Shown here: piece by piece, positions 1 through 14,184 of the stretch
Layout of the letters: each line of letters begins with the position of its first letter
Numbering within the stretch: position 1 is the stretch's first letter
Origin: Eledone cirrhosa
Taxonomy: Eukaryota
Length of the DNA: 64,000 nt
Direction: 5' to 3'
Assembly (NCBI GenBank): GCA_964016885.1
Contig: OZ024742.1
Location: forward strand, 145,886,001 to 145,950,000
Made by a program: the position numbers and the translations under genes
The notes under the pieces: model-generated
The model's database searches: none
What the model saw: the letters and a program-made list of their open reading frames with translations, nothing else
Told to the model about the DNA's origin: nothing

Positions 1-279
1 AGGCATAATAATTATATCGATATTGTATCATGCCTAATAAATGATATTGGAAATAACAAAATCAACATGTGTCATATTACGTTTGATAAATAATATCAGA
101 AATACCAAAAAATTATACAGCATTCGATATAAATATGTAAAGTAGTACGCCTGTATTTATAAACCAATATGATTAACTTATCATGTGGGCTACCATTGAT
201 TTCATGGTCTTGCTCTTAGGAATTTTCCTGATTTTACAGGACAGAAAATACAAAAAATATTTTGATGTTATTAAATTCC

Positions 280-1100
280 TCTACTTTCAAGGGGAATAAC
301 TCGTCTTAGACAGGTTTGAGAGTTAAGTTTCTTTAAACGTTTCTGGTATAATATTGAAGTCGTTGGAAAAATACGTGTTTGTTTGGATTTGAGAGACAAA
401 CAAAAGATTATGTGTGATTAAAGGGAGATTAAAGTCTGTAAATGGAAGGGAGGTTATAATACCGTTGGTGGGATGGGGGGGGGGGGGGGGGGGGGAGGAA
501 AAATATACTAGGTGATTGACAGAAGGTATAAAGTTTAAAAGAGCAAAGAAAGTCTAATGTGAAGGAATATCAATCAGATGTCTGTACATATATGAGGTTC
601 TAGTTGGGGAAAAATAGGGTTTCCCATTTGCATCATTTTTTCGGTGGTTTCATGCGAGTTTCTCTTGCCTCACCTGGTACACTTCTGTGTTTATGAGGTA
701 TATGCAATATTGTGTCGTTTTGTTATTGTGGAAGAGGTTTGAATAGTGTTTAGTGTCCTCCTGCTAGTGTATTTCACCAGCCCTGTTTTGTTATGGAGTT
801 TAGCTTGTTGTTTCTAGTGTTATTTTAGTTTTCGTTCTGTTGTATTGCTGTGTGTAATGTGAATGTGTTATTTTATAGGGTATTAATCTTTATATGTTGT
901 GTGAGCTGTGTTGTTTTATATTTATTAGGTGCTTATTGTATAAGGTGTGTGTTGTGTGTAGCAAGTTTACTATTTGATTTGTGCTATTGAATGGATCATC
1001 TCCTGCACAGGTTGTGGGCTATTCCTTGCAGAGCTATCTTTGTGTGCTATGATATGGCTTCATTGTTTTTGTTGTTGGTTATATTCTTCTTCTGCTCCTC
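280..1100 (-). mobile_element. Heavily decayed Penelope-like element remnant
   Basis: G/T-rich plus strand like the other PLEs here, residual RT-tail/endonuclease-like peptides, decayed hammerhead-like core near 335-365. Confidence 0.4.
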
Positions 1101-1169
1101 CTCCTTCTTCTTCTCCCACATATTCCTGGGACGGTCGTGGGAGCAGAGTTCTCAAGCATACTTCCCAGT

Positions 1170-2040
1170 GGGTCCTATCAGAAGTAACTGTCTCCAAACA
1201 ACCCGGCTGAATACCTGAGCAAAACCAGCTGAGATCATGGATGATATTCAACCAGCTTGCTCATTGTCTATCTCAGTCTCCTGCCAGTTAGCTTTGTCTA
1301 TAAAATCTCTATCCTATGATTCTTTCCTTAGATATTCTGACCACATATTTGTAATATCAGAGTTGTGATCTCTCAATGTGAAGAAGTAACAGCTCTACCT
1401 GGAGTGACACCTTGATCCATGAGCTATACACCCTAATGAGTAACATTACTCTAAAGACCCATTGGAGGAAGCCATTTTGTCCCTTTGTATTTGCGATCAT
1501 ATTCTTTCGGTCATTACCCAACATTCAAGACTATAAATAAGGGTAAGCATGAACAGCAAATTGAAAATAACAAGTTTGGCTTTTACACCTACCCTCTTCT
1601 TCTGATGACTGGGTGCTGAAACTGGCACATCATTGCACCAGCTCCAGCAATTCTTTAACTTAATTCAGCCTTCTACCTTCCATCACTTGTAAAAATACTC
1701 CTGAGATACACTGAATCATGTACAAAACTTCATGTAACTCCACTTACATGCAGAGTGTACACCAGAGGATTTCTTGAGAGGATGAGTATCTCAGTCTTCA
1801 CAGAACTGATTTTAATTCCTGTCATGTTTCATGAGGCACTCAGCAGCAAACCTATTCAGTGCATGCTGGAAACCACCTTCGAATGAGTAAAGGAGCACCC
1901 TGTCATCTACAAATATCAGTCGACTGATCCTACACCCATTGGTTTTAGTACTACTTCGAACCTGGCTGTGCATATCAATCCTGTTCATGAAGATTATGAA
2001 TAGAGCAGGTGACAATACACCCCATTAGCAGAGTCTGATG
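1170..2040 (-). mobile_element. RTE-clade LINE 3' fragment (family A), degenerate
   Basis: RT motifs LSPALFIIFMNRI, LIFVDDRVL; similar to 36765-37630 and 47655-48260. Confidence 0.8.
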
Positions 2041-5000
2041 TAATAATTTAGGCAAAAGGCCAGCAATTTTGCCTAAAGTTTTGCATCATATTTTTATTTA
2101 TTTACATTTATATTCTAAATTCAAACTGCCACAATAATTCTAATATAAAAAGAAGAAATATCACCATCTTCATCATCATCATTTTATATCCATTTCCCAT
2201 GCTGTCATGAGTTGGATGGGTCATCATAGTCCAATACTAGATGGGTTTGAGAGACCACATCTGGCTCATATATTGCATTTTTGGCATGGTCACTACAGCT
2301 GGATAGCTTTCTAACTCAAATCACTTTACAGGGTGTACTGGATGCATTTTAATATGGCACCAATTTTACCACTTTACAGAGTGTAATGGGCACATTTTTT
2401 ATGGCACTAGCACTACCAGTTTAAGAGTATACTATGTGTACCAGCACTAGAGAGGTTGTTGGATACTCAGTAAGACTGGAAAGTTCTCTCTAACCTATAG
2501 TTTCCATTTGATAACCAACATCTTTAGGGCATTCTAGGTACATTTTATTGAGGTACCAGCACTAGAGAGGTTGTGAAGTCCTTGACAAGACCAAAAGGTG
2601 TTCTGTACCATATACTGTTTCAGTTTGTTTGTTTACCTATTTACAGGGGAAAACTGGGTGTGTACCACTGCAACTCCAAAACTAGAGGATTTGTCTCATC
2701 CACTGCAGGTTAAAAGGTAATTCTTTATTTCATCTAGTCTCCAATCTTTCACCACATGTATTTTTAACTTTGCAGTGTTAGTGCTGGCAAGTTGGTTTTT
2801 TTAATATGGCATAAAAAAAAAAAAAAAATGATCCAACTCAATATATTGAAGAAAGTTTCTAGAATGAAAATGTAATTTATAATGAAAAAACCCCAAAACC
2901 AAGAAAAAATGGTGATAAAAATGAAAGAAAGCAGTATGGTTTTAGAAATATATTTTATTAATAAAAGTAAAGAAGACAAACAGACTAAAGATCAAACTGA
3001 GATGGTTAAAGTGAAGAAACACATGTCAAATAGTGTAAGAGTGAACAATAGTAATAATAATAATTAATTGTGTCAGCCCTAGAATGCATTTGATTGTATG
3101 TGCACCATTTATTGAAGATTCCATCTTCAAATAATAGATGAAGGGCAACTCAGCCTGATGCCGCCAATTCCACTCTATGTATCACTCATTGGAGTATTTT
3201 CAACCGAGCAATGTAAACTAACAAAACACTTGTCAATTCCACAGTGCTGCTGCTGTTTACAAGGGTCAGCTTCACTGTTTGTAATAGCTGTTTACAACTA
3301 GTTGGACATGGCCATGTCAGAGTTACGTGTGTTGTCAATGGACACAATTTGATGTCAATCATAGGGTAGAAAATGTTGACCATCTTGTCAGCACTCATCC
3401 CACACCCCATCATCTTAGACAGTAATGAGTTCATAGACAATAATTACAAAAATTGAACAAATAATTGAAGACAACCCGAAGAAACACTTCAATTATACGA
3501 AATAGATTTTCTTTTTTTAATCACATATTTTAAATCAATTCTTTTAACATATATTTATATTTGGAAATTTCTGTACAGTCCACTATTATTCTGCTCTACT
3601 TTATCTTAGAGCTACAGCAAAGTAGAGCATTTACAGTCCCTTAATATAAGAAGATATTCCTATATTTTTGTGTTTTGTTTCATTTTTTTTGTTATTGGTT
3701 TCAACAATAATATATCTCTGTGTTTTCCTTTTTTACATCAACCACTTGTAAGTTTTGACATAAAACAATGGTGGTTCTTAGTTTTTTTTAGTTGGTATAT
3801 TTTATTTACCAACACATTCTCTCTTAGATATCACAGTGAATACAATGACTTTTCAATATTGGCACATAATAAATACATCTGACAAGCAAATTGCAAAATA
3901 TAGCAAGTAAAATGTAGCATACAATTGAGGGTTTAAAAATGCAGCTCTATTAAGAGGTATCACATGACAATATCACAATCACTTCTCATATCTCTTGATT
4001 AGAGGCTTCACTCAGCCTCATATAGTGAAAGAGTCCATGGATATGTAAAATTGTGATAACATTCAATGCAAGCTATTCAATTCAGTGACAAAATAAATGC
4101 CTTTTTTAAATACAAAGACTTTGGTTTACTGGAAACCAATTCTGCACATTTTAAAGGCTATGTTAAGCCCATGGCAAAAACAAAGGAATTTTTTAAAATA
4201 TATAAAAAGCTCAACAAATGGTAGAACCATAACTGCATAAAAAATAAAATTGTTATCAGCTTTATAAAAATACATTGATACAATAAATGAAGACACTAAT
4301 TTATTGAGAGAAACAAAAGTTTTACTGAAATTATTTTTGCCAAATTCAGAATCAATAAGAGCAGATCTTCAATGTTATCAATAGAAAAAAAAAAAGAAAA
4401 GAAAGGAACTGATCATTAGATTAGACCAAGGAAACAATATTTCCATTGGTCTTTCCATTGGTGATACAATCTGCTGGTTATAACTTCTGGCAGAAAGAGG
4501 CAGGGTTTGAACTCAGAGCTGGATTAGTTACAACAAAGCATTCAGTTCAATTCCTGAACTCTGCTAATTCACTGCCCCTGAACTGGTACTCTATTTATCA
4601 ACCCTAAAAGGATGAAAGGCAAAGTTGCCCTCAATGGGATTTGAACTTAGAGCACAGAGCTGAAAGAAATAACAATACTCTAATGATCCTACCGATTCAC
4701 TGTCATCAATAAATAGTTTAATAAAATAAAAACAAAAAAAAAATGCAAATTCATTTTTAAAATCATACCTTAAAATATAAATTCATTCTCATAATAATAA
4801 TAGGTTTCTAATTTAGGCTCAAGGCCAGCAATTTTGGAGGTAGGGGAGAGTCGATTATATTGACCACAGTACTTGACTAACTAAATGCTGCAAAGCATTT
4901 TGTCAGATGCTCTGACGATTCTGCCAATCCACCCTCCTTAATAATAATAATAATAATTGTTTCTACTTTAGGCACAAGGCCAGCAATTACCCAGTGCATT

Positions 5001-5939
5001 ACTGGTACTTTATTTTAATAATAATAATAATAATACTGTAAGCAGGTAAGCATTGAGCAGCCTAGATTAAAATATCCCACAAACTGGTAACATTACAAAT
5101 ATAATGTTGTAACTAATCTAGTGATGGAATTATGAGAACAACACTGGCAATTTACATGAGAAGTCATACAAATGGTTTTGACACCAAACTCACAACCACT
5201 GTACTCTTTGTCGCATGAGAAAACCGTAGTAGTATTTTTTAAAATCAGTTTCAATGCACGGAGACAATTCTCTGATGTAGAGAACTCAATTGTATTGGCC
5301 ATTCCTTTAAAATGACCTTTGAGGAAGTCATATTGAGACTCATTTGACCCACAAGCTCACTGGATTTGCTAAACAGGTTAGATCCCATAGCTACGAAAGT
5401 CAGAGTTCCTTATAATCTAAGAGGAGGGTTCTTTTCTGTGAAATTTTATTTTGATATCTAATGAAATTAAAAGGGATGAAGAATAACGTTTATGGAGGTA
5501 ATCAAATAAGCTGGTATTCTAATTACACTAATACAACACAAGACACAGTGACCAGGTTTGGTGCCAATTTTTGGTGCTAGTAGAGTGGGTAGACTTCAGA
5601 AGATTCTGGGTGGGCACTCAAATTCACAAGGAATGTTTCTTTTTTATAAACTATTTCTAAATCTGAGGGTGTACCATTATAAAGTGGGTGGGCATTGCCA
5701 TCTAGTGACCCACTTTGGCAACAGGCCTTGGCTGTGACACTGAATTAGTGAGTGTTGGAGTTGATAGTAGCAAGCTGGTCATCTAGTTATACTACCACTA
5801 CCACTAATATTACCACAAAGTCACAGGAGTGATATTGGTTTAGTAGGTGAAGGAGCTGATAGTAGCAAGGCAGGAATTGGTGAAGAAGTCATAAGTTATG
5901 TAATAATCATTTTGTAATTCAATAGTGTTTTCTAAGTAC

Positions 5940-5940
<1 letters not shown>

Positions 5941-5996
<56 letters not shown>
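5941..5996. repeat. (AG)n microsatellite
   Basis: Perfect dinucleotide run. Confidence 0.98.
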
Positions 5997-6002
<6 letters not shown>

Positions 6003-6557
6003 AATGACTTAAATAGTCTCTTATGCAACTGCAAATGAAGTGAACGGTCCTATAAAAGTCCTTGTCTGATGAAAATATGATCTGTTTACATGTCTATAGG
6101 CTTCTCTAAATGTTGTTTTAAGGAGTATTGTGTGAAACTCAGTGTTGATAATTTCAGAAAAATTGCTGGCATTCTTCACATTATTGAACAATTTCATCTT
6201 CTATCTGAGTTAAAAGACATTAACATGAAGAAATTGTCGTTATATTTCAAGAGAGTATCTTGTTTGTTCCCCAAAAGATCAAATGGAAGAGATAGGCCAT
6301 AATTCATCTGAGTTGAGGAAGATTTGGTGTTTGACTTACACAGTTAAATTACTGACCTCAGTCCTGTGTCTTGTAGAGAATATTTAGTCTCTACTTCAAT
6401 AGAGTTATGCTGTTAAATAGTTGATAATGTTGTCTTGTCAGTAGTTGCTATATAAGAGACTTAAGCAATTAAATAGTTGATTGTTTAACTTCTCAGTACT
6501 TGTTATATATGTGACTGCCTAAGTATGATTGTGTGTAATTAGTTGTGTATAGGAGGG

Positions 6558-6759
6558 TAGATGTGTAAGATAGTATAGGTCAGATGTGTAAGATAGTATA
6601 GGTCAGATGTGTAAGATAGTATAGGTTGGATGTGTACAATAGTATAGGTCAGATGTGTAAGATAGTATAGGTCAGATGTGTAAGATAGTATAGGTCAGAT
6701 GTGTAAGATAGTATAGGTCAGATGTGTACGATAGTATAGGTTGGATGTGTACGATAGTA
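6558..6759. repeat. 23-bp minisatellite, about 9 copies (gtcagatgtgtaagatagtatag)
   Basis: Directly visible tandem units with two variants. Confidence 0.95.
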
Positions 6760-7674
6760 TTACAAATAAATCAAGTAAGGAGAGAGAAATTAGTATGTTC
6801 ATTCATGAGGAAAATGTGTAACTGTTTCTTATTGAAATATAACTGGAGACTTTATTGGTGTTTGTGCATAAAATTGAAAAAGAAAACTCATTAGATTACC
6901 CTTAAAAGGATATTAAAACAAATGGAGTAAATTAGACTCATCTAATATAAGGACAATTAAACATCTGCAAGGTAACATTCCAACATCTTTGTTATCATTA
7001 TCTTTTTAACAATTAATGTCCAATTTATATTGTAATACCCCTCTAATAAAACACTATTTTCTAAAAAAAAAATATAGTTTTCTTAAATATAATTATGTTT
7101 ATGATAAAATATTCATAAAAAATTTTTTCTCATGAAAAGATTTTTTGGATTTCAGTGCAAGGTAGTGATTCATGAATTGTAAGGTTTTGGTTGACTCAAA
7201 TATTGATAATAATCTGGGTTTACATGGCAAGCAACTGGACTGATCAAATACTATAGTCTTTAAGGTCTTCACACGATATATGGAGAACTCTTCAAAATTC
7301 AGAGATTTGGGGGTTTTGTTTAAAACATAGAAGATATCAATGAGTAGAAGGAAATAAAAGATTTTAGGACACTTTCTATTGTTGTGGAGTAGTGTGTGAC
7401 ATGCAATGATATTGAGTTACATTGTGGTGTAATGTGTGACAACACACTGTTTCATTGTTGGGGACTTTAAAGTGTGACAAGATAATATATCAACTGAATG
7501 TGTTAACAAACATTCAATATTCTACATGCTATAGTATGGTGAATTTAACATAGAAAAAAAAAACACATACATACATACATATATATATATATATAGTTCG
7601 AAATGACAAACAAACAAACAAACACAGGAGTCAATGGTACTAAGTGTTATTAGCTTCATGGTTAGTGAGAGTGG

Positions 7675-7714
<40 letters not shown>

Positions 7715-7918
7715 GTCCTTCGCCAGAAGATAGAATGAGAGATAGAAACAGAAATATGAGAGTAAGAAAAGAAAGAAAGTACATGTGGTTAGTCAGCCAT
7801 ATATATATAAATATAAATATATGTAAAAGGTAAACAGAAATAATAAAAATAACAAAACAAACGGCACAGTACATGGAAGAAATATATTAGTTTAACACTT
7901 GAAATAGCAGGAAGAGAG

Positions 7919-7954
7919 TCTTAACGTTTCGGACACTAGTCCTTCATCAGAAGA
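7919..7954 (-). ncRNA. Minimal type I hammerhead ribozyme motif
   Basis: Minus strand: tctt-CTGATGA-a-ggac(tagt)gtcc-GAAA-CG-TTA-aga; stem I of 3-4 bp and palindromic AACGTT stem III. Confidence 0.75.
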
Positions 7955-9986
7955 TAGAGTTAGAAATAGAAGTTAAATAGAAAGGTAAAGAGTGATGAAA
8001 GGAGGGAACGGGGAAAACAAAACAAAACATGTGCATATATATATATATATATATACACTTTCTTTGCAAACTATACATTTATATCTCATAACTTATGGCT
8101 CCTATTTATTTATGTCTCTTCTTTTTATTTGATTTAAGGAACTCCACTCCAAAATTATTTTAGTTATTATAGTTAGCAGTAAAGTGTGAGCCAATCAATC
8201 ATACAGAACCAACATTTATATACAAAATAATACATTTTTATATGATTTATTTATATGGGTTTATTTGAAACTGAATTAAAATTGATATTGAAATAAAAAT
8301 AAATGGTAGTTTTCTATTTCTTCCACTCCTTTCTAACTAAAATATGAAAGCCCAGAATGTTTGAATTTCTTTTTTTTTAATATATATAATATCTTTGAAT
8401 GAGAGAATCTAATAATACTCAATGAGTATTTTGTTACAAAAAAGAGTAAAAAGAATACTTTGGCAGCTGAAATGGTAAAATTTACTGCTATTGAAATCTG
8501 TTTGGAGTTTTTTTTATTCTTTCCCATACATGTATGTTCTGTAATAGATTAGAAGAATTAAAATGTGAATGAGGATAATAAAACAAACAAGAAATAGTTC
8601 CCGATAGTAAAAGGAGATAAAGCTATTATCTCCCTTAAAATTCCATGCTTACTTCCTATGCTATTATAATACTTTCTATATTTTGAAGCTGTCTTGATCT
8701 ATTTAGAAAACTGTGTAGATATATACCCATATTCTACATTGAGCACACTGTGGAATGTGTGTGCATAAGAGGTGTAGTGGGATTGCAGGCAGGCTAAGAG
8801 CAACATCATCTATTTAGAAAGCCGGGTAGATATAGAATTGCAGCATGATTAAATTAGAGTTGTTTGGGATTTTACTTTTTGTAATTATTAAAAGATTTCT
8901 GAAATACCATAAATTATTGGTAAACTATTATTTTAGCTAGTGAAATTTGAGACATTTGGGAGAGCTAGGCCAGTGACGAGGTCTGTGGCTTGCTATACTA
9001 AATGTATGAGTTGATGTTCCTGGTGGGTGTTTGGCTATTCCAGTGCCTTAGCCTCTCTATCACCTAAGTTTACTGAACTATTAGATGATGCTCCTGGTGA
9101 GGGTGCTTGGCCACTCCAGTACCTTAACCATGATATTATCCATGGCAAAGCCAGTCTTCATTTGCCTCAAAATGTTTTAGAGAGAATCACCAACATTCCC
9201 TGTCCATTTTTATCCTTTTTTCTCTAATTTCTAATGATTTAGTTTGTAAATCATTATCTAAATTATGTTTAAATGGAATTAAAATTTTGTTTGACTTACA
9301 AAAAAAAATTGATTAGTTTCAAATTTTGAAGCTCATTTAAAAAAATTATCATTTACACAAAGTGCAAATAAACTACCAGTCAAGTACTGGCATTGATTAA
9401 TTGGCTAAAACCTGAAGGGTGAAATATAAAGTTGCTTTGTGCAGGATTAGAGCTCAGAGCATAAAGAACCAGAACAAGTCGTTTTTTTTTCTGACGCTTA
9501 AATGATATTGTCAATTGACTGTTTTAATAATTGTTTCCAATTTATGCACAATATTACCAGTTCTTTTTTGTGGGGAGGGTGAAAATTGATTAAATTGGTC
9601 ACAGTACTTAACTGATACTTTATTTTATAGACCCCCAACAAGGATAAAAAGCAGTTGACCTTGACAGGATTTCAATTCAGAACATAAAGAACTGGAATAA
9701 AACAACAAAGTATCTTGTCAGATGCTCTAATGATTCTACCTTAATAATAATAATAATAGTAATATACTGTTTGTAAATTAGGCACAAGGCCAGCAATTTT
9801 GGGGAAAGGGTACAGTTGATTGCATTGATCCCATTACTTGACTCGTACTTTATTTTACTGACCCTGGAGAGATGAAAGGCAAAGTTGACCTCAGCAGGAT
9901 TTGAACTCAGAATGTAAATAGCTGGGAAAAATACTGCAAAGAATTTTGTCTGATACTCTAATAATTTTTCCAATTCACCAACACTT

Positions 9987-10024
<38 letters not shown>

Positions 10025-10027
<3 letters not shown>

Positions 10028-10612
10028 TCGTAGGAATAATTTGAAAGCTCGAAGAAAAGGAATAGTTGTTAATACAACCAAATACTGTCAATAACAACAG
10101 CATGTATGTTGGATAAAATACCACTAAGGACAGTAGTCGCTAAAGAGGAAAGTAAAATTGAGAGGTGGGTGACAGGTAGATGAAACATAGATGATTGCAA
10201 GAGGAGTGTGTTGGTACACACATCATACTGGCAGAAATGTTTTTTATTTGTTGTTGCATGAGCTGGCATAAAAAATTGTAATCCTCTCAATCAATTCATG
10301 CCAAATGAGAGGCCAGATGGAGAGTTGATGAGGTCAGATGTGTTTGTGATTTTTGTATCATTTATAACTTTAATCTTGACTCTTATTGTCTTCCTTTCTT
10401 CTTTACATTTCTATGTGCCAATATACTCCTCTATGTTTCATCTACCTGTCACCCACCTCACAACTTTATTTTTCTCTTTATCGACTACAGATCACTGATT
10501 TCTGTCCTTATCGGATATTTTTACACAACTTACATGTTATTGTCATTGATGGTATTTGGCTGTTTTAACAGTTATTCCTTACATTTGAATTTTCAAATTA
10601 TTCCTATGAATT
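10025..10612. mobile_element. Fold-back or MITE-like element with imperfect inverted arms of about 170-190 bp
   Basis: 10025-10195 is the reverse complement of about 10425-10612 (e.g. ggtgggtgacaggtagatgaaacatag / ctatgtttcatctacctgtcacccacc). Confidence 0.8.
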
Positions 10613-10687
10613 TCAAATACATTCACGATGCAGTTCAATGATTTTCGAGGTAACAATGTTAATGATGATGATAATAATAATAATAAT

Positions 10688-10878
10688 AATTGTTTCTACT
10701 TTTGACACAAGGCCAGCAATTACCCAGTGTATTACTGGTACTTTATTTTATCAACCCTGGAAGGATGAAAGGCAAAGTTAACCTCGGCGGGATTTGAACT
10801 CAGACCATAAAGGGCCGTAACTCTTTGCTGCAAAGCATGGCGTCCGATCCTCTACCGATACTGCCAATCCACCGCTCT
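10688..10878 (-). mobile_element. tRNA-derived SINE (young short subfamily)
   Basis: A box tggcagtatcgg and B box gagttcaaatcc on the minus strand; flanked by (TAA)n. Confidence 0.9.
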
Positions 10879-12429
10879 TAATAATAATAATAATAGAGTA
10901 TATGTGATATTTTTCTTTGAAAAAGGCCACTGAAGGATATGAATAAATTAGTGAAATTAAAAAAATATTTCAACATGAGATAATTTATAGTGATGAAGAT
11001 TGTTAATGAAGGAGTTGTGGAGTGTTAAAGATATTTAATTTTAAAAGAATACGTAGAAATGATTGAAACATAATTCTAGCTAATCAAATTTAAAATGAAA
11101 AACTTTGAAATAATAAAACACAGTATAATATGCATGTCACCACTCCTCTGACACCTTTTCTATGTAGTAGAGTGCTACTCATCATCACCATCACACTTCA
11201 TCTTCTTTCTTTTGAAAAAGGGATCTTGCCTCAAAATATAATGAAATACAAGGTAAAAAAATGTAAACTGTTTTGTGTTGTTTATCTTAATTCTACTCTA
11301 ATTTCATTCTTGCATTTTTAACTTTCCCCAGATAATAACCAAATAAAATACAGATTTGGCAGTAAACTGTAGTTAGTACAAAATATCTTTAGAAGAGAAG
11401 CTGTGCTGTAATTAGTATCTAATGCTAAATGACACAAGAATGTAGTTAAATAAGTGGTCAAATATCAAAACTATCATGTTTAAGTTCTTCATTAAGTTTC
11501 ATCCCTTTTCTGCCTCAACCAAACAACAGAAACTATTTTTAGCTAATCAGGGCAACATCTCATCTAACACAATTGTTTAGCCACTATTAAACAAATCTTC
11601 ATTTGTAACAAAGCTTTAATTGCTATCCTGTGTGCCTTTAGCAGAGACCGATCTGTTGCAAATATTTGAGCTAGATGTGAGAATAACTTCTTCACTTTCT
11701 CCAAACAGTCACAGAGATCATGAAAATGGTCCTGAGCAATGACTTATAGGAGATGAATATGGTCTGACAGGTGTAAATGCCCAAGACATACTGTGTATGA
11801 TGATAGTGCCCTTATGACTACACCAGCAGAAAAGGGACCATGCATACCATGCATACATAACACAACTACAACATCTAATCCAGCTATCTATGATACAAAT
11901 ACTACATCCAATTCAGTTATTTATAACTATAAGCATATTACAAAGTCTATGCTAATATATTATTCCCTCTCAACAGATTATAAGCATTAAAGTAAGTCTT
12001 TCTCAAGCCTACAGGACCATCAAGCTAGAGCTTATACCAGTTTCATGTGGATGTGTGTGTGTTTATGGAGGGCGTTAAGTGACTGGGAGTACCAGACATC
12101 CTTCTGGGTAGGAATCCAGTCTGTTGCAAAGTTAACCTTCTCCAGTTGTTGATGCTACACATTTTTTAGCTGAGTGGACTGAAGCAATATGAAATAAAGT
12201 GGTTTGTTCAAGGGCACAACATGCTGACTGCTCTGGGAATTGAGCTTACAGTCATGAGTCAACACCCTAACCACTCAAGTCATAAGAATACTTCTACTGA
12301 ATTCAGCTTTAGTTAGGCTGTTTCTTAGCTAACATTAATCCGGTGACTTTCTTTGACAATCTAAAGATTCCACTTTCAACTTTGGCACATTACAAACAAT
12401 TTTATCTGATTAAAATAAAATTAGTTTTC

Positions 12430-12478
<49 letters not shown>

Positions 12479-12732
12479 CATTTGTGTTTTTTAAAGTCTG
12501 ACATGTTCTCCTCAATGTTAGACTTTAAGAAACCCCCCAAAATCAAAGTTAAAAATCAATTAATATCAATATCTTATGACATAGTAACACATTAGATTAT
12601 TGATCGTTTATATTATTGAAACATCTAATCTCTAACATCTTCAACTTTGCTTGATATATATATATATGTGTGTATGATGGCTGCAAAAAAAGCCTGCATG
12701 ACTAAGTCTTTAGGATATGAATTCAAAATAGG

Positions 12733-12893
12733 AGGTGCACAAGACAAAGACAATGGAAATAAACAGCAAAAAGATGGACAGTCCCATATGCTCAGTGAAC
12801 CTCTGGAAACTGCAGTGATTTTCAGTAGTTGACTGAGGAGATGGGACTGTCTGTTTTTCCGTTGTTTTTTCCATTGTCTTCGTTCTATGCACC
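12733..12893. mobile_element. Hairpin MITE-like element of about 160 bp
   Basis: ggtgcac..aagacaatggaaa..gacagtcccat / atgggactgtc..ttccattgtctt..tgcacc inverted arms between (TA)n tracts. Confidence 0.7.
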
Positions 12894-12900
12894 CTTTATT

Positions 12901-12944
<44 letters not shown>

Positions 12945-13068
12945 ATGTGATGTTGACTGATGCAAAAATAAGCACTCAATACATAAGTAGAGTTTAATAA
13001 TATTCTTTATTATGGCTAAGTGATGAGTTTTGTTACTCTGGAATTTCACCAGTGCACTCAAACAAAAC

Positions 13069-13119
13069 TCTTGTCTGATGATCCTATGAGTACATAGGTG
13101 AAACTATAAAGTAACAAGA
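13069..13119 (+). ncRNA. Type I hammerhead ribozyme with intact core
   Basis: tcttgt-CTGATGA-t-cctatg(agta)catagg-t-GAAA-ct(ataa)ag-TA-acaaga; predicted cleavage after A13113. Confidence 0.8.
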
Positions 13120-14184
13120 CTCATCATTTAGTCATAATTAAGAGCATATATATATATATAAAGGTAGCAAATCTTATGGTAGCAAGAAGTTAAGAATTCT
13201 AGAAATAATCTAATATTACTCTAGTGATATCACATTTTTGAAATTTAGTGTTAAACTTTACTATAGAATATAGATTTTAGTCAACACTATATATAAACAT
13301 GTAAACACATTATATATATATATAGTTTCAATGTAATATTCTCAAAGCAGTATCACAGGATAATAATTTCTGTTTATAAAGTCTTCTTTTGATAAGGATA
13401 AAAATTCTTTGCCTGTTATTTTTTTTTTCATAATTCTTGCTCTTCAAAGTTAAATTAACTGCTGGTGAAAATAGATGAGGTAAATAGATTATAAACCTTA
13501 ATTTCTTAACATGTATCAATGAAACTTTCAGTTTTTAGTAAACTTTTAAATATACATAAAATAGATCAAGTAAAACTGTTGTATATTAAATAAGTTAAAT
13601 ATAAACTCATGAGAGAGTTATTTAGGCAATAAAACAGCTTAATCATTTTGTGATCGTATTTCTAATGAAATACACTATTTCAATCAACTATGAAGGATTT
13701 TGAAGGATTTATTAAAATTATTATATCATTAATCATTACTAACATATGGTTCTAATATATAATTATGTTGAAAGATTTTAATTTAAATAGAAACCCTTTA
13801 AAACAGGTGGTTTTGTTTCATAAAACCAGAGCCAGTTTTGGCCAGGTTGGTATCAAAAGGGTTAATAAAATGAATATTTCTGAATTTAGTAAAAATTGAA
13901 TTTGTATTTGAAAAAAAAAAAAAAAAAAAAATCCCTAATATGAATTTAAAATACTTTTCATAATTTTTTTAAAAAATCAATTTTTATCGAGAAACTAGTG
14001 TAATTTCTCTTCTAATTTTCTTTTAAAAATAATTGCCAAAGGAATGAGACCATTTTAAATACAAACTGAAATTTGTAAAGAAAATATTGTAAACAATATC
14101 ACCCTTGTAACAAGAATGACATGAACAACTGACTATTGGTCTTCTTCCTTAGAAATTGGGATGGAGTTTGTTTTAATGATTGGA

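Noticed and set aside
5093-5440. Possible exon or ORF (MANTIEFST…)
   Set aside because: No recognisable homology and no convincing splice partners; cannot be supported
1-14100. ERCC5 or another neighbouring gene downstream of BIVM, as in vertebrates
   Set aside because: No recognisable coding exons found in this stretch
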